In this document: positions 26,903 to 39,688 of the stretch, in pieces | Layout of the letters: every line of letters starts with the position of its first letter | Position numbering within the stretch: the stretch's first letter is position 1 | From: Tubulanus polymorphus | Taxonomy: Eukaryota > Animalia > Nemertea | Assembly: GCF_964204645.1 (NCBI RefSeq) | Contig: NC_134026.1 | Location: 20,804,150-20,868,149, forward strand | Length of the DNA stretch: 64,000 bases | Reading direction: 5' to 3' | The notes under the pieces: generated by a model | Seen by the model: the letters and a program-made list of their open reading frames with translations, nothing else | Databases searched by the model: none | What the model was told of the DNA's origin: nothing | Translations under genes and position numbers: made by a program

Positions 26903-27027
26903 TCGGAGTCATCCTTCTCTTTAAGTGGGTAGCCGTGGATGGACTTGATTTTCGTGTCGGCTTTCGTCGGAGTCATCCTTCTCTTAAGTGGGTAGCCGTG
27001 GATGGACTTGATTTTCGTGTCGGCTTT
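26903..27027 (+). repeat. Tandem duplication of a unit of about 60 bp
   Basis: tcggagtcatccttctct(t)taagtgggtagccgtggatggacttgattttcgtgtcggcttt occurs twice. Confidence 0.85.
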
Positions 27028-29370
27028 AAGAGCTTCCATCAGGAAAACTTGTTTTTCGTAGAAGAGTTAGGCTTGGGAGACTGGAAAGCGGAAAACGGAT
27101 TAGGATAAACTCGGAAAATCGTAATCCATTATTGGCAGATTATTGAATATTTGATTTCGATGCAAAAAGCGACGGTTTCTATCCTAACGTTTCGGTTGAC
27201 TGATTACGGAACAAAACACCGGCGAATGGTTTTCCGAAACAAACAACAGAAAAATGCTAAATAATTAAAATGCTGATCTCGCTGTATATACAGAACCCAC
27301 GACGATGTCGTCTGTCGCGAAGTCTCCCATCTTATAAATATGTATACCGGCCGACGAAAAGGAAAGTTACCTTCGATGAGTAAATTAAATTCTGCACAAA
27401 CGTCGGGCTTTTTCACGTGATCTCCTGGCCGTCGCATATTAGCTAATACGCGGAAAAGATTCGCTTTTCGTAGATCCACTTATTCATATTTAACGAAATC
27501 CTATTTATCTATTATTCAGCGACTAAGTTATCGTCGTCATATTTCTCGAATCATCAGTAGCGGATATGTTTTTTTGTTATTGTTTTTATCGTTTAGGGGG
27601 CTATACACCGACGACCTCTTTTGCACCCGCATCCTTCAAAAATGAATTGGATGTCTCTCAATTTTCATCAAAGTCTCCGTTGAAAGTCGATGTTGAAAGA
27701 AAAGTGCACCGTGCATACTGCATTCCAAGAATATACAAAGTCCGTCCGGTTTTGTTGATAAAAGGCATTTTAATTCGTATCAACTAATAAGTCCAAATCA
27801 AATGGGGGGGGGTTAATCTACGATTTGTAGAGTGGGGTTCAACCGTAGGAGAAAAGGGCAAATGAAATACTGAGCAGGACGTAGAAAGGTAGCCGCAGTC
27901 AATCTCAACTGGTAGGTACGGCGGCCGGGACGCTGTATACATGTATATAGACTGTAACACCTCTGCAAATAAAACCATTATGTCAACGAATGCAAAATAA
28001 CCAATGCGTTAAACACGAAGAAAAAGATCAAGTATGAACGGAATAGATCATATCTTGATATTTTGTATTCTTAGAACCGATTTTTCAGGTTAGGCCCCGT
28101 CGTGTAAAAACATGCTCGAGCTTTAATGTTGTAACTTTTTGAAGACCGAGTACCTAAGTAATTATTAGAAGTAGATCTCCGGATGAGGTTATGTTGTTGA
28201 ATTCAGATTCTGAGATGGCATCTTCATTTACGTAATCCCCCCAAGTTCAGAATCCGTAGATGAGGTACACGTTTGAGTACATTTAGGTGAGACCCTTTTT
28301 TAAGGGATGCTCCGAATCCTCAAAATCTCAAGATCTTTGAAATACCACTGAAGTATGAAACAAAACCGACACCATTCTGCTTTCCTAATAAGATCAAAAT
28401 CTGCTGTGTTCCAGAATTGATCGCGACAAACACGGATCTCTTCGTTTTATTATTCGAGGTCGGGATATTTAGCCCGCTGTCTGCCGGCATTCGCGCGACG
28501 GCCGTTTAAAATTTGTCACCCATATGCCTGAGCAATTGATAATAGGCGGTTTATTATTTACCAAGCCATTTCGCTTGGAGAAAATGCCCGGCTAATAGTC
28601 ATCCATATATCAGTAGTTTATAGCGACTGACTTTATAAATCATGTTTTATATCGGCGGATAATTCATGGAAGGTGACTTCGAAGAGCTTCCCGCATAAAA
28701 ATCAAGGTAAATGCTCGCAATATTCGTCTATTTGGAATTGCCGTTCGTTATTGCTGCACCGGTCTACTCTCCGCTCTCTTGCTGACGTGTGCTGTCCGTT
28801 GCCGCCATATTATCGCCGCCATCGTTTGCGCACTTTCTATTTATAGTTTTACGCGTTTATTCGAGGTAGAGATTTAACAATTCGCGCCCGACGTCAAAAC
28901 TGTAAAATTAATCAACATTTTACGGCTCCGTTATGATAGTTAATCTCTTCGTTATTTGGCTGAAAATGTATAACTTGTTTCTCATTCTATGCCGAGTTTC
29001 AAAGTTGACCCGGTCGCCTATCTTCCTCGTACTTAACGCCATGTTTTAAAATCACAACAAGCTAAGCAAAACAGCGCAGGTATTGGAATGATCTGAATAC
29101 AAATTTTTATGCGTTTTATACAATGACCCGGGCAATTAGGAGAAACAAGGTATCATTTTTAGCCCTATACTTTGGTCGACGGAAACCAAAGGTTCGATGA
29201 AAACAAAAAGTTTTCTACACATTGAAAACTTTTTTTATATTACATAACATATTTATGTAATATGTATTATATTCGCTGTTCAGTATAGTCCTGATGATAA
29301 ATTTCGTTCATTAATCAGGCATAATTATCGGTCACAGTTGCTTGAGAGTGACTTTTCCGTAATTACAGGG

Positions 29371-29725
29371 TATATCATATCAATCACGCAACCACCTTTT
29401 GAAGGCTAGGGGGGCTGAGGTCCATTCCAATTCAGGTGCGTTCTCATTGGCTTATCTAACCGTAACGCATGCGCACTAGCGGGGTCTCTTAACCTTCGGT
29501 TTGGTCTCCTAACCCTTAACTCTATACTTATCCTAAGCCTATTCCTAGTCTTAAAACAGACCCTGAACCTTACCCTCTGGACCCTTTTCTCGTCCTCTCA
29601 AGGAGTGTTCTAACCCTAACAAGGAAACCTAACCCTATGTTGGTATAATGTAGGACAGCATATTATAGATCGATTGGAACTAGACCTCCTAGCCATCAAA
29701 AGGTGGTTGTGAGTGATACGATATA
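29371..29725. mobile_element. MITE with long TIRs and internal degenerate (TAACCC)-like repeats
   Basis: TIRs tatatcatatcaatcacgcaaccaccttttgaaggctagg / cctagccatcaaaaggtggttgtgagtgatacgatata. Internal taaccct/taacct runs at about 29490-29637. Confidence 0.7.
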
Positions 29726-30238
29726 GGGAAACCCGCAATGACGTGGTACTGGTTTTTCATATCGTAGTCGACTTATGGCTTGGTCATGTAGCCAATCGCC
29801 GTTTTAATGCTTTTAATGTGTTCTGCTTCGATTAACCGTCATTCTGTGGGCTCTAAGATTGAGGGAAATATAGAGAAAGTTTCTCTTAAGCTGGAGAAGT
29901 GAAGCCTTTTTACTTTCATGTCCTTGTAAAGGCTCGCACCACTACGCCTCCATTAATCGGTAAAGGCTGCTAGACAGGCTATATGGACTGCTGCAACTTA
30001 TTTCTTACTCATCCCGATCATTGATTAAGCTTTCGCATGTCCACAAGCCTAAACAATATCAACATCTGCCTTTTGATGGACACTCGTCGAAGAAATGATT
30101 GAGTACATATCGTGGAATTGGAATTCACCCCGCAAACATGGGACCTGAAATTGTTTATTATGAATTTCTTGTTAAAGTTTTTACGCCCCAATATACTTCA
30201 CTAAGAACTGTAGTGCCTGGTGTTGTTTGTTGCAACGG

Positions 30239-30556
30239 CATCCTACCTCGACAGGGATTCGAACCTGATGGGATCGCTACACTCAGCCACGGCACGAGCC
30301 CCCTGTCACAGTAGACCGGGTGCGCAGATGCATGCGCAGGTTTGCCGCGCGAAAACTTGCGGTACCAATCAGATTTCCCGTTGTGTAATCGCTGAAGCAA
30401 ATTTCACGGCAGAACTATAAGTGGGAAAACCCAGGCTGAAATAAGACGGGATATCTGATTGGCTAGTAATAACATCATCACTCGTCTAGTGCGGCAGGGT
30501 TTCCCACCGTGGCAATATCGATGCCATCGGGTTTGAATCCTTGCCGATGGTGGATG
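30239..30556. mobile_element. Copy of the tRNA-like-TIR element (reverse orientation)
   Basis: Largely the reverse complement of 51562-51817, with an extra internal segment. Confidence 0.7.
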
Positions 30557-33500
30557 AGCAACTGAGAGCACTGCGAGAACAACCACTTCCAGGGATGTCT
30601 GAACCCAATACGTGCCATTGAGCGAAAGTATGCTATGACGATTCGTGCCGCCAGCTATAAGTAAAAAACTCCTCTTTACTGATTCAATTTCTCGCCTCTC
30701 TCAAAAATGAAAAAATATGATTCCTCTGACCGATGGTAATAATATGATTTCCCGCGTATAGGAAAATACCGCGTCACTAAATGATCGCGAGTCTCATATG
30801 GCGCGGCATCGCGCACAGATTTACGGCACGGGCATTTTGATTATAACTCAATTTTGCCGGTGAAAAGTGAAGTAAATTCGCCCGTTCCCGGATCGTTCGC
30901 GAAATCTTCCAACAGCCGCTTCGACGACCGAGATTAGATAGTATTGGAGGTGAAACCGTCGGTAATCAGACGCAATCTCGGGTTTCGCGCCGGCACAGGA
31001 AACCAGATGATCTTTCGCCTTTTTGCGTCGTTATTGGTTCAATTATTCTCGCGCGCGCGAATAAAACAAAGGCAAATTCGACGGCGCTACAGCCGCGTAA
31101 TGGATGTTCGTATACACTCGCCACTTTCGCTGAAGTTTCTATTTCCGTTGCGAGAAAAAAAAACGAATATTAAGAAAATTCTCTACATATTATTATTGTA
31201 TGATGTACGGTACAGAAGAATGATGTACGGATTTCGAACGAAGTTGTACATATATAGTATGCAATAAACCCAACTTAATCCGGATTGATATCACCGATGG
31301 AATTAATCCGTTTTATGGCAAATATACGAAAGAGACTAAGACCAGAGACGCCGTCCTGTTTATACCAAGTCCGGGCCCGGGTAACCGATTAAACTGGGTA
31401 GATTAGTGACCGGAAGACTGATGTCAATCTCACAATTCAGAGGTAACAAGTAAAAAACCTATACGGCGTTTATAGTCCGGCGGTTTCGGAGTTTATCTTA
31501 ACTCCATCATCAGAAAAACCAAACTGATATAATATCGAATTACAGAAATTTAAAAATACTGTTGTTACCATGGAAGGTTGTATCGGGGACATAAGACAAG
31601 ATACAATCGCTAAGATACACCAGTTAGATAGGCCTACTGAAAATGTATTATGTAAAGCAGATATGGCTGATTTCACTGCCGTTTTAGATGGCGGTGTCTG
31701 GTGAAATCAAACATGTTTGATATGATGTCCCGCTTCTTCCTAACAACGTAACGGAACTTATTTTAATTTTTCGGCTGATATTTCGGTGGTAAACGAACGT
31801 CGAATCGTGGAAACCTGACTGAAAAGTCAGTGATACGATTTTCAAGACCGCCTATAAATGCTTACGTACAAAAGACCGAAGAACCCCTTAAGACCGAAAA
31901 TATCTCGGTTCATTCTCCCGATTTTATCGCCGCCAACCAGAAAGAAGTCGCCGCGAACGCTCGATACCGCCGTATACAAAGGACTGATAATTGCCACTCG
32001 GTATAATATCGATGACCGAATCCCTCTCTTCCTCGATCGACCGTGGCTCGAGTCATAAAAAAAAAACGATCGTCCGCTGTAATGCAGTTTTAAACGGGGC
32101 TATTATGATTATATCTGTGCGGGCGTATAGATCATCAACCTGCCGAGACTATTAACATCGTCCTTATACCCGCGCGTCAATCCAAGTAACCTTTATATGA
32201 TTGCGCTTTCTGCTCTACGAAATGTACGGCTTCATTAACAACAATGCAATCTGTAGACTGTTGACATTTAATCTATTAGCTTACTTACGAATAAATCTTT
32301 TCCGCTGGTAAACGACTACTGCTGTTTTATATGATGATAACTAAACTATTAAGGACCCTCCTTGATTTTTTTCGAGATGGCATCGATATCTATTCCACGT
32401 CCGGAACGATCATACTCGTGACATTTAATCTAGCATTAATGAGTGCAATTAGTTTTGCAATTCGAAATCGGCGTCTTCACCTCCTTTGGAGTTGCGGGTT
32501 TATTTTCTTGGAAAAACCGCCCAGTTCAGAAGAAAAGAAGAAATTATCATTGTTATTATTATTTTCATTTTTTTTCTAAAAGATTATTATTCTTTATTAT
32601 CATCATTATTATCAAGAATCCTTAAAACCTATTGACCCATGGCAAAAACAAATGGAAAACCACGTGGGCTGTTAAGTATCCTTCATCTGGATGCTATTTT
32701 TGGTTAGTCAAAAGTGTTTGCAATTCTTTGTTGAGAATACTCAAAGCATTTTGGGCGATTTTAACTTGAAGTAAAGGTTTGTCTGAAGCCTTAGTAAATT
32801 CATCAGGGTGGGGGGGGGTCTGGAGTTGGGAAACGAACAGCCTGAATTCATTATCTTTATTGGGTTATTTCCATTGTTCGGGTAAGGAAAGTTTCCTTGG
32901 AATATCATAACAATAGTAATAACGACAATATCTTTTCTTTTATAGTTCAGTACTGTTATAATCACTATACTTTACAATGTATGAATATCAGCGCTTTACT
33001 TGTACTTTTTTACTAGCTTTACCGGTACTTTTATTAACGCACATATATCGGGGATGGAATTTCTTCCGGTTGCGAAACAGGGCGCGAGACTAGTTCGAAC
33101 TGCGCGCAATCGCGTGCGTTCAAATTGTCGACTTACTCGCGGCCATTTGCGAATCGGAGCTATTAAATTGCTGGTAATTGCATTAAAAACATTTGCACGC
33201 CATTCTCGAGGCCAGCACGCGCTCGCTAATTCTAAAACTAGCGTCGTAATTGTGCAAATCTCTCTCGCCCGTTAGAAAACCGTTTCGATTCGCGCTTTGT
33301 TGTCCGCGCGCAATCAAGGATTTCATCGTGTTGCCGATTGTGTATATTTGATGTTTTTTCCCAATTACGTAACTGGATAAGTTAATTACACATATATTAG
33401 CGCTTAATTAGATTTAATTAATATATGATCGATCACATGAAGCCGGTTTATTTCACGTTTTCCACGAAAATATTTTCAAAATTATCATAGTTTCGTCAGG

Positions 33501-33570
33501 CGACGATCGCCCCCGAACCAAATAAACTCTCGAATAAACGCCTGCGGGTAAACCCGTAGACAAACTAAGA

Positions 33571-34035
33571 ATAACGCCTGTTCTCAAAGAACTTCCTTGG
33601 CTGCCTGTCCAGGCTAGACGCGGTTAACTATACGAGCAATCGTCTCAAGATCACCTCAAGTTGAGATGATTGCTCCCGACAAAATCTTTAACTCTACGAG
33701 CAATGCTCGTTTTGTCAACAACTGTGCACCGTTGTGTTCGTGGCTGTGGGCCACTCGCCTGAAGTACGGTTGAGGGGCGCTGTCGCTCATCTACCTTCCT
33801 TGCTTTACGTTTTCTCCCGTTTTAAAACTAATAAATATGGCGAGCGTGCATTTTCCACTTTCCACAAACCTTTGGAACAGACTACCAATTTACATCCGTT
33901 GAGCTGATAATGAAGAAACATTTCGCAACTCTCTTAAGACGCATCTGTTTTTGAAGTACTTCTCGCCGATAGCGTGTTGAGCGTGGGGTACTGCGGAAAA
34001 GCGCTTAACAAGAACTCGTTGTTATTTTCATTATG
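33571..34035 (+). mobile_element. Decayed 3' end of an L2/CR1-clade LINE
   Basis: Reads ITPVLKELPWLPVQAR ... KTNKYGERAFS ... NLWNRLPIYIR*ADNEETFRNSLKTHLF, the L2 ORF2 C-terminal motifs, with a frameshift and a stop. An L2-like tail follows (aagcgcttaacaag...gttattttcattat). Confidence 0.8.
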
Positions 34036-35351
34036 AAACTTTAGATAGAATGTTTGAAAGCGAAGTGCCCACTGTTTGTTTAGATATTATAATATCGTCG
34101 TGAAATTCTCACATCCTGATCGGTCTGATATTTCAACGAGTTTCTGAAGCCATCGCCCCGAATGGCGACGATTGTGACGCAGACTTCGATTCTCTGCGTT
34201 TTGAACTAAGCTTTCTAAATTTGGAATGTAGACCAGTTTCCGACTATAAGCAAGTTGATTATATTATTCGGCGCTCGCCTGCGATGCAAATTGCGATTAG
34301 GTTCTAGCAGCGAATTTTATTGCGAAGATACCAAACAACGAAGGACAACAACAGCAACGAGACCGCGCCGTCGTGTTCCGTAATGAAGTTTTCTCACGAT
34401 TCAGTTTACGCTTGATTACTCCTCATTTTCTAATCGTGAAATTCTTCATTACGTCGCGAGTTATGATATTACATGGTTCAAACATCACCGCCGCTTATTC
34501 CGACAAGGCGACGAGCGCGCGTCAGGTCGACGAGCTCGGAACTCGGGACCCGCCGCCGTTGTGTCACGTATAATTACAATTTCCGTCCGACGGTAAACGT
34601 ATGAGACGACACGATCCGATTCTCGCTCTTAGTTTGGCTAATTGACGACGTGATTATATTTCGCCGGACGCTCGTTCGTTCTTCGATTTCGATGCGAAAT
34701 TATTCAGATTTCGCCGCGCGATCGGCTGCCAATCGAGTCACGAGAGACGGCTTGAAGTTTGCGCTTTCTTCAGGAAACTTTTCCGCACTTCTTTCCGTGT
34801 AGAGATATTTTCGCTTTAAGAAAAAAACACTTCCTCGCGTGAAAGAAGGCGACGTATTTTTCTCGCTAATGAAAAGGAAAACATTGTTTCTTTATTCAAT
34901 TTCAATTGATGTAATGTTATCTGGCACGTGAAGGCAAAAGTCATCTAAAATCCAGGGGCGAGTTTTATTGGCTGGTGTTAACTTTTACCACCTCCCTGCT
35001 TTAACCCATGGGTTAACTCAACCCGCGGGTTAAAGATAATACCAGTCTATGAAACTCACGCCGGGCTGATTTTGCTGCATGCAGCGGAGTCGGGTGATAT
35101 ATAGCATTTGGTTTTAGTTTAACATTTGATTAACGTCCAGCTCATCGGTGTGAACCCTGTTCAATTTAAAGCACGATCTTTTGCGCTAGAGCATTTTCCC
35201 GCTATGCACCACGCTTAGTTTCACCGCAGTTCAAGGACTCGCCTAAATACAGGCTTTCAGACAACACTTAGAGGCGCCCATCTGAACTTTTTTAAACAGG
35301 ATACCTGATGTATAAGATTTCCTGGACGGATAGGTTGCCGCGGATAGGATG

Positions 35352-35420
35352 AGGGGCGCAGTGGCCTGTCGCTGGTCTCGTCAATCCAGGGTTTATGGGT
35401 TCGAACCCTGGAGGCGCTAA
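35352..35420 (+). repeat. Degenerate tRNA-derived (SINE-head-like) sequence
   Basis: A-box-like ggcgcagtgg and B-box ggttcgaaccc; no intact cloverleaf. Confidence 0.35.
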
Positions 35421-36881
35421 TAATGCCATGCGTAATGCTCGGTGGGTGTTGATGGTATTTTTAAAAATTACGGGAGCGAATCTGCCGGTGAAAAGCAACG
35501 CATAATCGGATCGGCGTAATACATATAGACCTGTCCGCCCAAGAAATCGGCGTCGGCGTCCACACTATTCTCCCGGTTACTTTTTTATTGCGTAAACAGC
35601 CGATCCATACCAATTTTGTCTCGTGTAAACACCATCTCTACACACCAGCGACGACTGGTGATATGTTTTACACGTATCATTATGAAGCGCGTGGAAACTT
35701 TTTTTTATCGCCGACTGCTCCTTCCGTATCAAACATTCAATTATCAGCCGAGTAAATCAACACAAAATACTAGCCGTATTGGCATTTCTGGCGAATACTC
35801 GATGATATCTTTTGTCGACTCGCGTCGGCTATCATCTTCCTACACGCGGCCGATATTGCTAGGCAATACGCGGTATACATCACTCGTAATAGATAGCCCG
35901 TTTTCATCCCCCAAAAATTCTTCTCCTGGCGTGACGATAAGTGATGCTTTCGCTGTTAGATGAAGTTCTATATTCGATACAGTTATGAATAGGCAGCCGG
36001 GAAATGCCACCCGCCTTCAAGCTTTTTATTTTTTACGCGGTGTTAAGATTGCGGTGTTTTATATTCTAACAACGCAAAAACCAAGCGTCACGATGACAGA
36101 TTTTGAGTGATAATATTCTGCTACGTAGTTTGCGTTACTGCTTTCAGTTTTTTTTTCTTTGCCAACCAGACACACTCATTATTTGCTAACGGACAGAGGG
36201 GCGTTGCAGCTCGGAATGTGATATATGTGTCGTCTGCTGGCATCGGCAACGTAATAGTGATGTAAACAAATTTCATCGGACGTTTGGCTTGATTGCTCCA
36301 GGTGTGCACTGTCTATCCTTTTCCAATACCGGTTGTAGTGTCTAATTCTTCCGATTCCGCTTCCAATTATTCTACGTATGTTATTTATTTTCTTCAGTTC
36401 CTCTTTTTCTTAATGCTTTTTGCCTGTTCGCCTTTTCTCTCACATTCCATCAGCGGCTTGGCTTACATTGTCACAGGGTCTATAACCTGGCGGCCTGGAA
36501 GAACCACCGCGTCGACCATTCATTCATAGTTGTATAGCGTGAAGTCTTGGCGATCACTTTTTGCAGTGAAAACTGATGTTTGTAATCTATTTGTTAATTC
36601 ATTTTCGAATAAAGATTCTAAGCGAGGTTTTAGAACACACGTCTGCGCTATAAGAAATAATGGTTGGGGCCCACATGCCTTGTTATTGTCTTGTTGAACA
36701 TCGAGATCACCAATTTTGCTGATGTATACGTCACACAAAATTCAGCGTTTTAGGACGTTCGATGCCGCACGAACGAACGTCCTCGTCTAGAGTTTATCCC
36801 GTTCGATCGTGCAATGCTCCCTGGAAGTTGCTGATAACTCAACTTCGAGCAACTTACGGGAATATGATATGAGAGATCCTT

Positions 36882-36947
36882 CGTACGTACGTACGTACGT
36901 ACGTACATACATACATACATACATACATACATACATACATACATACA

Positions 36948-37013
<66 letters not shown>
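36882..37013. repeat. Compound microsatellite (CGTA)n-(CATA)n-(TA)n
   Basis: Directly visible in the sequence. Confidence 0.97.
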
Positions 37014-37017
<4 letters not shown>

Positions 37018-38726
37018 TTTCACCTTGCTTTATAGTCGACATTTGAAATGAAATCGGAGTGAAGGTGGCAGCTCCCGTTGTTCTTAATTGTATTTCTTCG
37101 ATTTTTCAAACGTTCCCAGCGCTCGTGTTCTAATAGGGGATATCGAATGTCTGTTTCAATGACCCGAAAATAATTCAAGATGATACCCCTGCGAATGCAA
37201 TATTTCCATCGTCGCAATATTTGATAATCTTTCCAACGCAATATTTCGCAATGTTGAACTCCAAACATGATTATGTAGTGCGTAAACTTTGTCGGATTAA
37301 AAGATTACGGCTTACCGATCGAAAACGATTACGGTCCTGCGTCTTGCGGTTTGGTCCATGCCACGTGTTAAAGACCCCTCGCCGTTCATTAACCCCAAAT
37401 GATATCATTGAACGGCCAGTAGTGATTCGGTTTATAGATGCTTTCATGCAAAGATCTGATCACTTTAGTGGGCGATTTGATGATGTCATACAGGGGATTC
37501 AAGAGCTGAAATCTTTTAATAGAAAGTTATGAAATCTTGAATACAATTTCCCTCTAAAAGCAGCGATGATTAAAAGGAAATGTAAACGCAAATTGCCGTT
37601 CTGGTATTTCGACCAGATTTGGCGCGAGCTAAGCGTCGAGAACGCACTGTTTTTTTACGGCTGTTAATACTGGCGTGGTGAAGCTGTTATTTTTTAGATA
37701 GTCAAAGAATACGCACGCGCGCAGTACAATATACACCGCACCATCTTCATCGTCATCGCTTCGATTCTGAGGAGCTTCAAACGATGAAGGATTGTCCGTA
37801 CACCACTTGAACGTTACATCTGTCGCGTTGCATTGCGAATGTACGTCGATCGGATGGCGAGAGTGGCGTACTCGAGCCGCCAATGAGCCGCGCACGAGCT
37901 CGAGTATAATGATATTCCGTGTACGGCGGCCCCGAGTGAATTTTTTTTTTCGTTTTGCGAATTCAAACAGCGAAACTAGTTCTCTATGAATAGTCAGGAA
38001 ACGAAGGCTATAGCTACATTCGATTTCACTTTTGGCCAAGAGAGCTCTCTGGTCGGTCACACGAGGGTTCTGCTCAAAGTAAGTTCATTGTACGAGATGA
38101 ATTATTTCATTCCTTCTAAACGTATATTCTGTTGTTCATCGGTGCAGTTGTCAAAGATGGTGCCGTTACAGTTTTAAGTTCAAATGTTGAAAAAGCGAGG
38201 ATGGAAAGCGCAGGTACAGCGCACAGCCGTAGCTGATGCTTCTCGAGTTAGTAGCAGATTAGAATATTCACCTGGCGCGTGTGAAGCCGATGAACGATGG
38301 CTTTTTGTCGACAGTTCGAACACTTTTTGAATGAAGAAAATGAAAACGACTGATCCACTCGCTCGACGACGTTTCGCAAATCCCGTAATCATAACCGACG
38401 CATTATACGATGTGTAGGAAATCGTCGACGCTATCTCACCGGCGAGCTTTTCCAATCAAGAGGCGACGCATTGCAGAGAAAAAATCGTTTCCGTATCTAA
38501 TCGACGCGTGACGAATGATTTCGAAGCAATCGCGACGTTCGTGACGTGTAGCGAAAATTCGGTGTAACCGCCCGGCCTCGCGTGTCGTGGCTGACGGAAA
38601 TTTGCGTTAACCTACGGAAATCCTCGCCTAATCGGACAAGTTTCGACGACGATTATTCGTGTCGCTTCGAGATATCGGACACAAAATTAGCCGGAAACGG
38701 CCCCTTGACTCTCGTCACATTGTCCT

Positions 38727-39050
38727 AAGCCGCGATGATGCGGAGACGATTTGGCCCGGGCCAAATTGGCACGGACCAGGCCCGAGTCAAATTTGGCCCA
38801 CGTTCTCATCAGAGAGCGCGTTCACACATATACCACTCACTCGATACTAAACAATGCTTAAACAAAGCGAGTCACTTCCGGAACCAGCAATTCACACGCA
38901 ATAATTTGACCCGTGCTAAAAATTATTTAGCTCGGGCCTGGTCCGACGTTTTTGGTCGGGCCAAACTGGCACGGGCCCATTTGGCACCCGCGTGTGAACT
39001 GCTGTTCCGAGCCTAATTTTGGCACGGGTCAAAAATGCTCGTGTGATAGG
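38727..39050. mobile_element. MITE family A copy
   Basis: Same core and ggccc-rich subterminal repeats as 4712-4960. Confidence 0.65.
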
Positions 39051-39464
39051 CATAGACATTGTGGGGAACCACATCCCCAGCTAACCTCCCCCTCCTCCTC
39101 CACCAGAGTGCGTGACGAACACTCGGTTTTACTTTGTAAAAATTATATCATTTTATGCACTTTCATTTTCCCCAAGCCAAATGCCGTACGGCCTCCATTT
39201 ATAAAAGATATGAGATTGACATCTCTACTCGGTGTTTGGTGTAGTTTTCAAACATTGAAACTGAACGCGAAGAGTTCGTTACTCGCGAATTAGCGGATCG
39301 CCATTTGCCACGAGTGGAATCCTCGAATGCGACGGTAGCGTTGAATTCTTTTTGTTCTCTCGAGGGATTTCCACCCGATAGATGTCAAATTCGTCAAATT
39401 TCTCTGGTTCTCTGCACCGAGTAGGTGTGGTTACTTCCGGAACCGAACTGGATAGTCATATATA

Positions 39465-39688
39465 CAGAGCTGCCAACTGTTTCTGATTTTCAGTATTTGC
39501 GACTTGTACCTTGCAACTAGAAATACTGGTTTGATTTGCTATGTGTGGAAATATGGAAGATGTTACTGATGGTCTTACTGTTGAAAACCGATTAACTGAA
39601 CATTTCCTTTCATAATTCAATGAAATTTTACAGAAAAAAAAAATTAATTTTTTTTACTGATAGCACTTTTCAGATGTTGGCAGCCCTG
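39465..39688. mobile_element. hAT-like MITE
   Basis: TIR CAGAGCTGCCAAC / GTTGGCAGCCCTG. Confidence 0.55.

Noticed and set aside
36750-37051. ORFs with MYVC/YIHT/IY repeats
   Set aside because: They are translations of the microsatellite.
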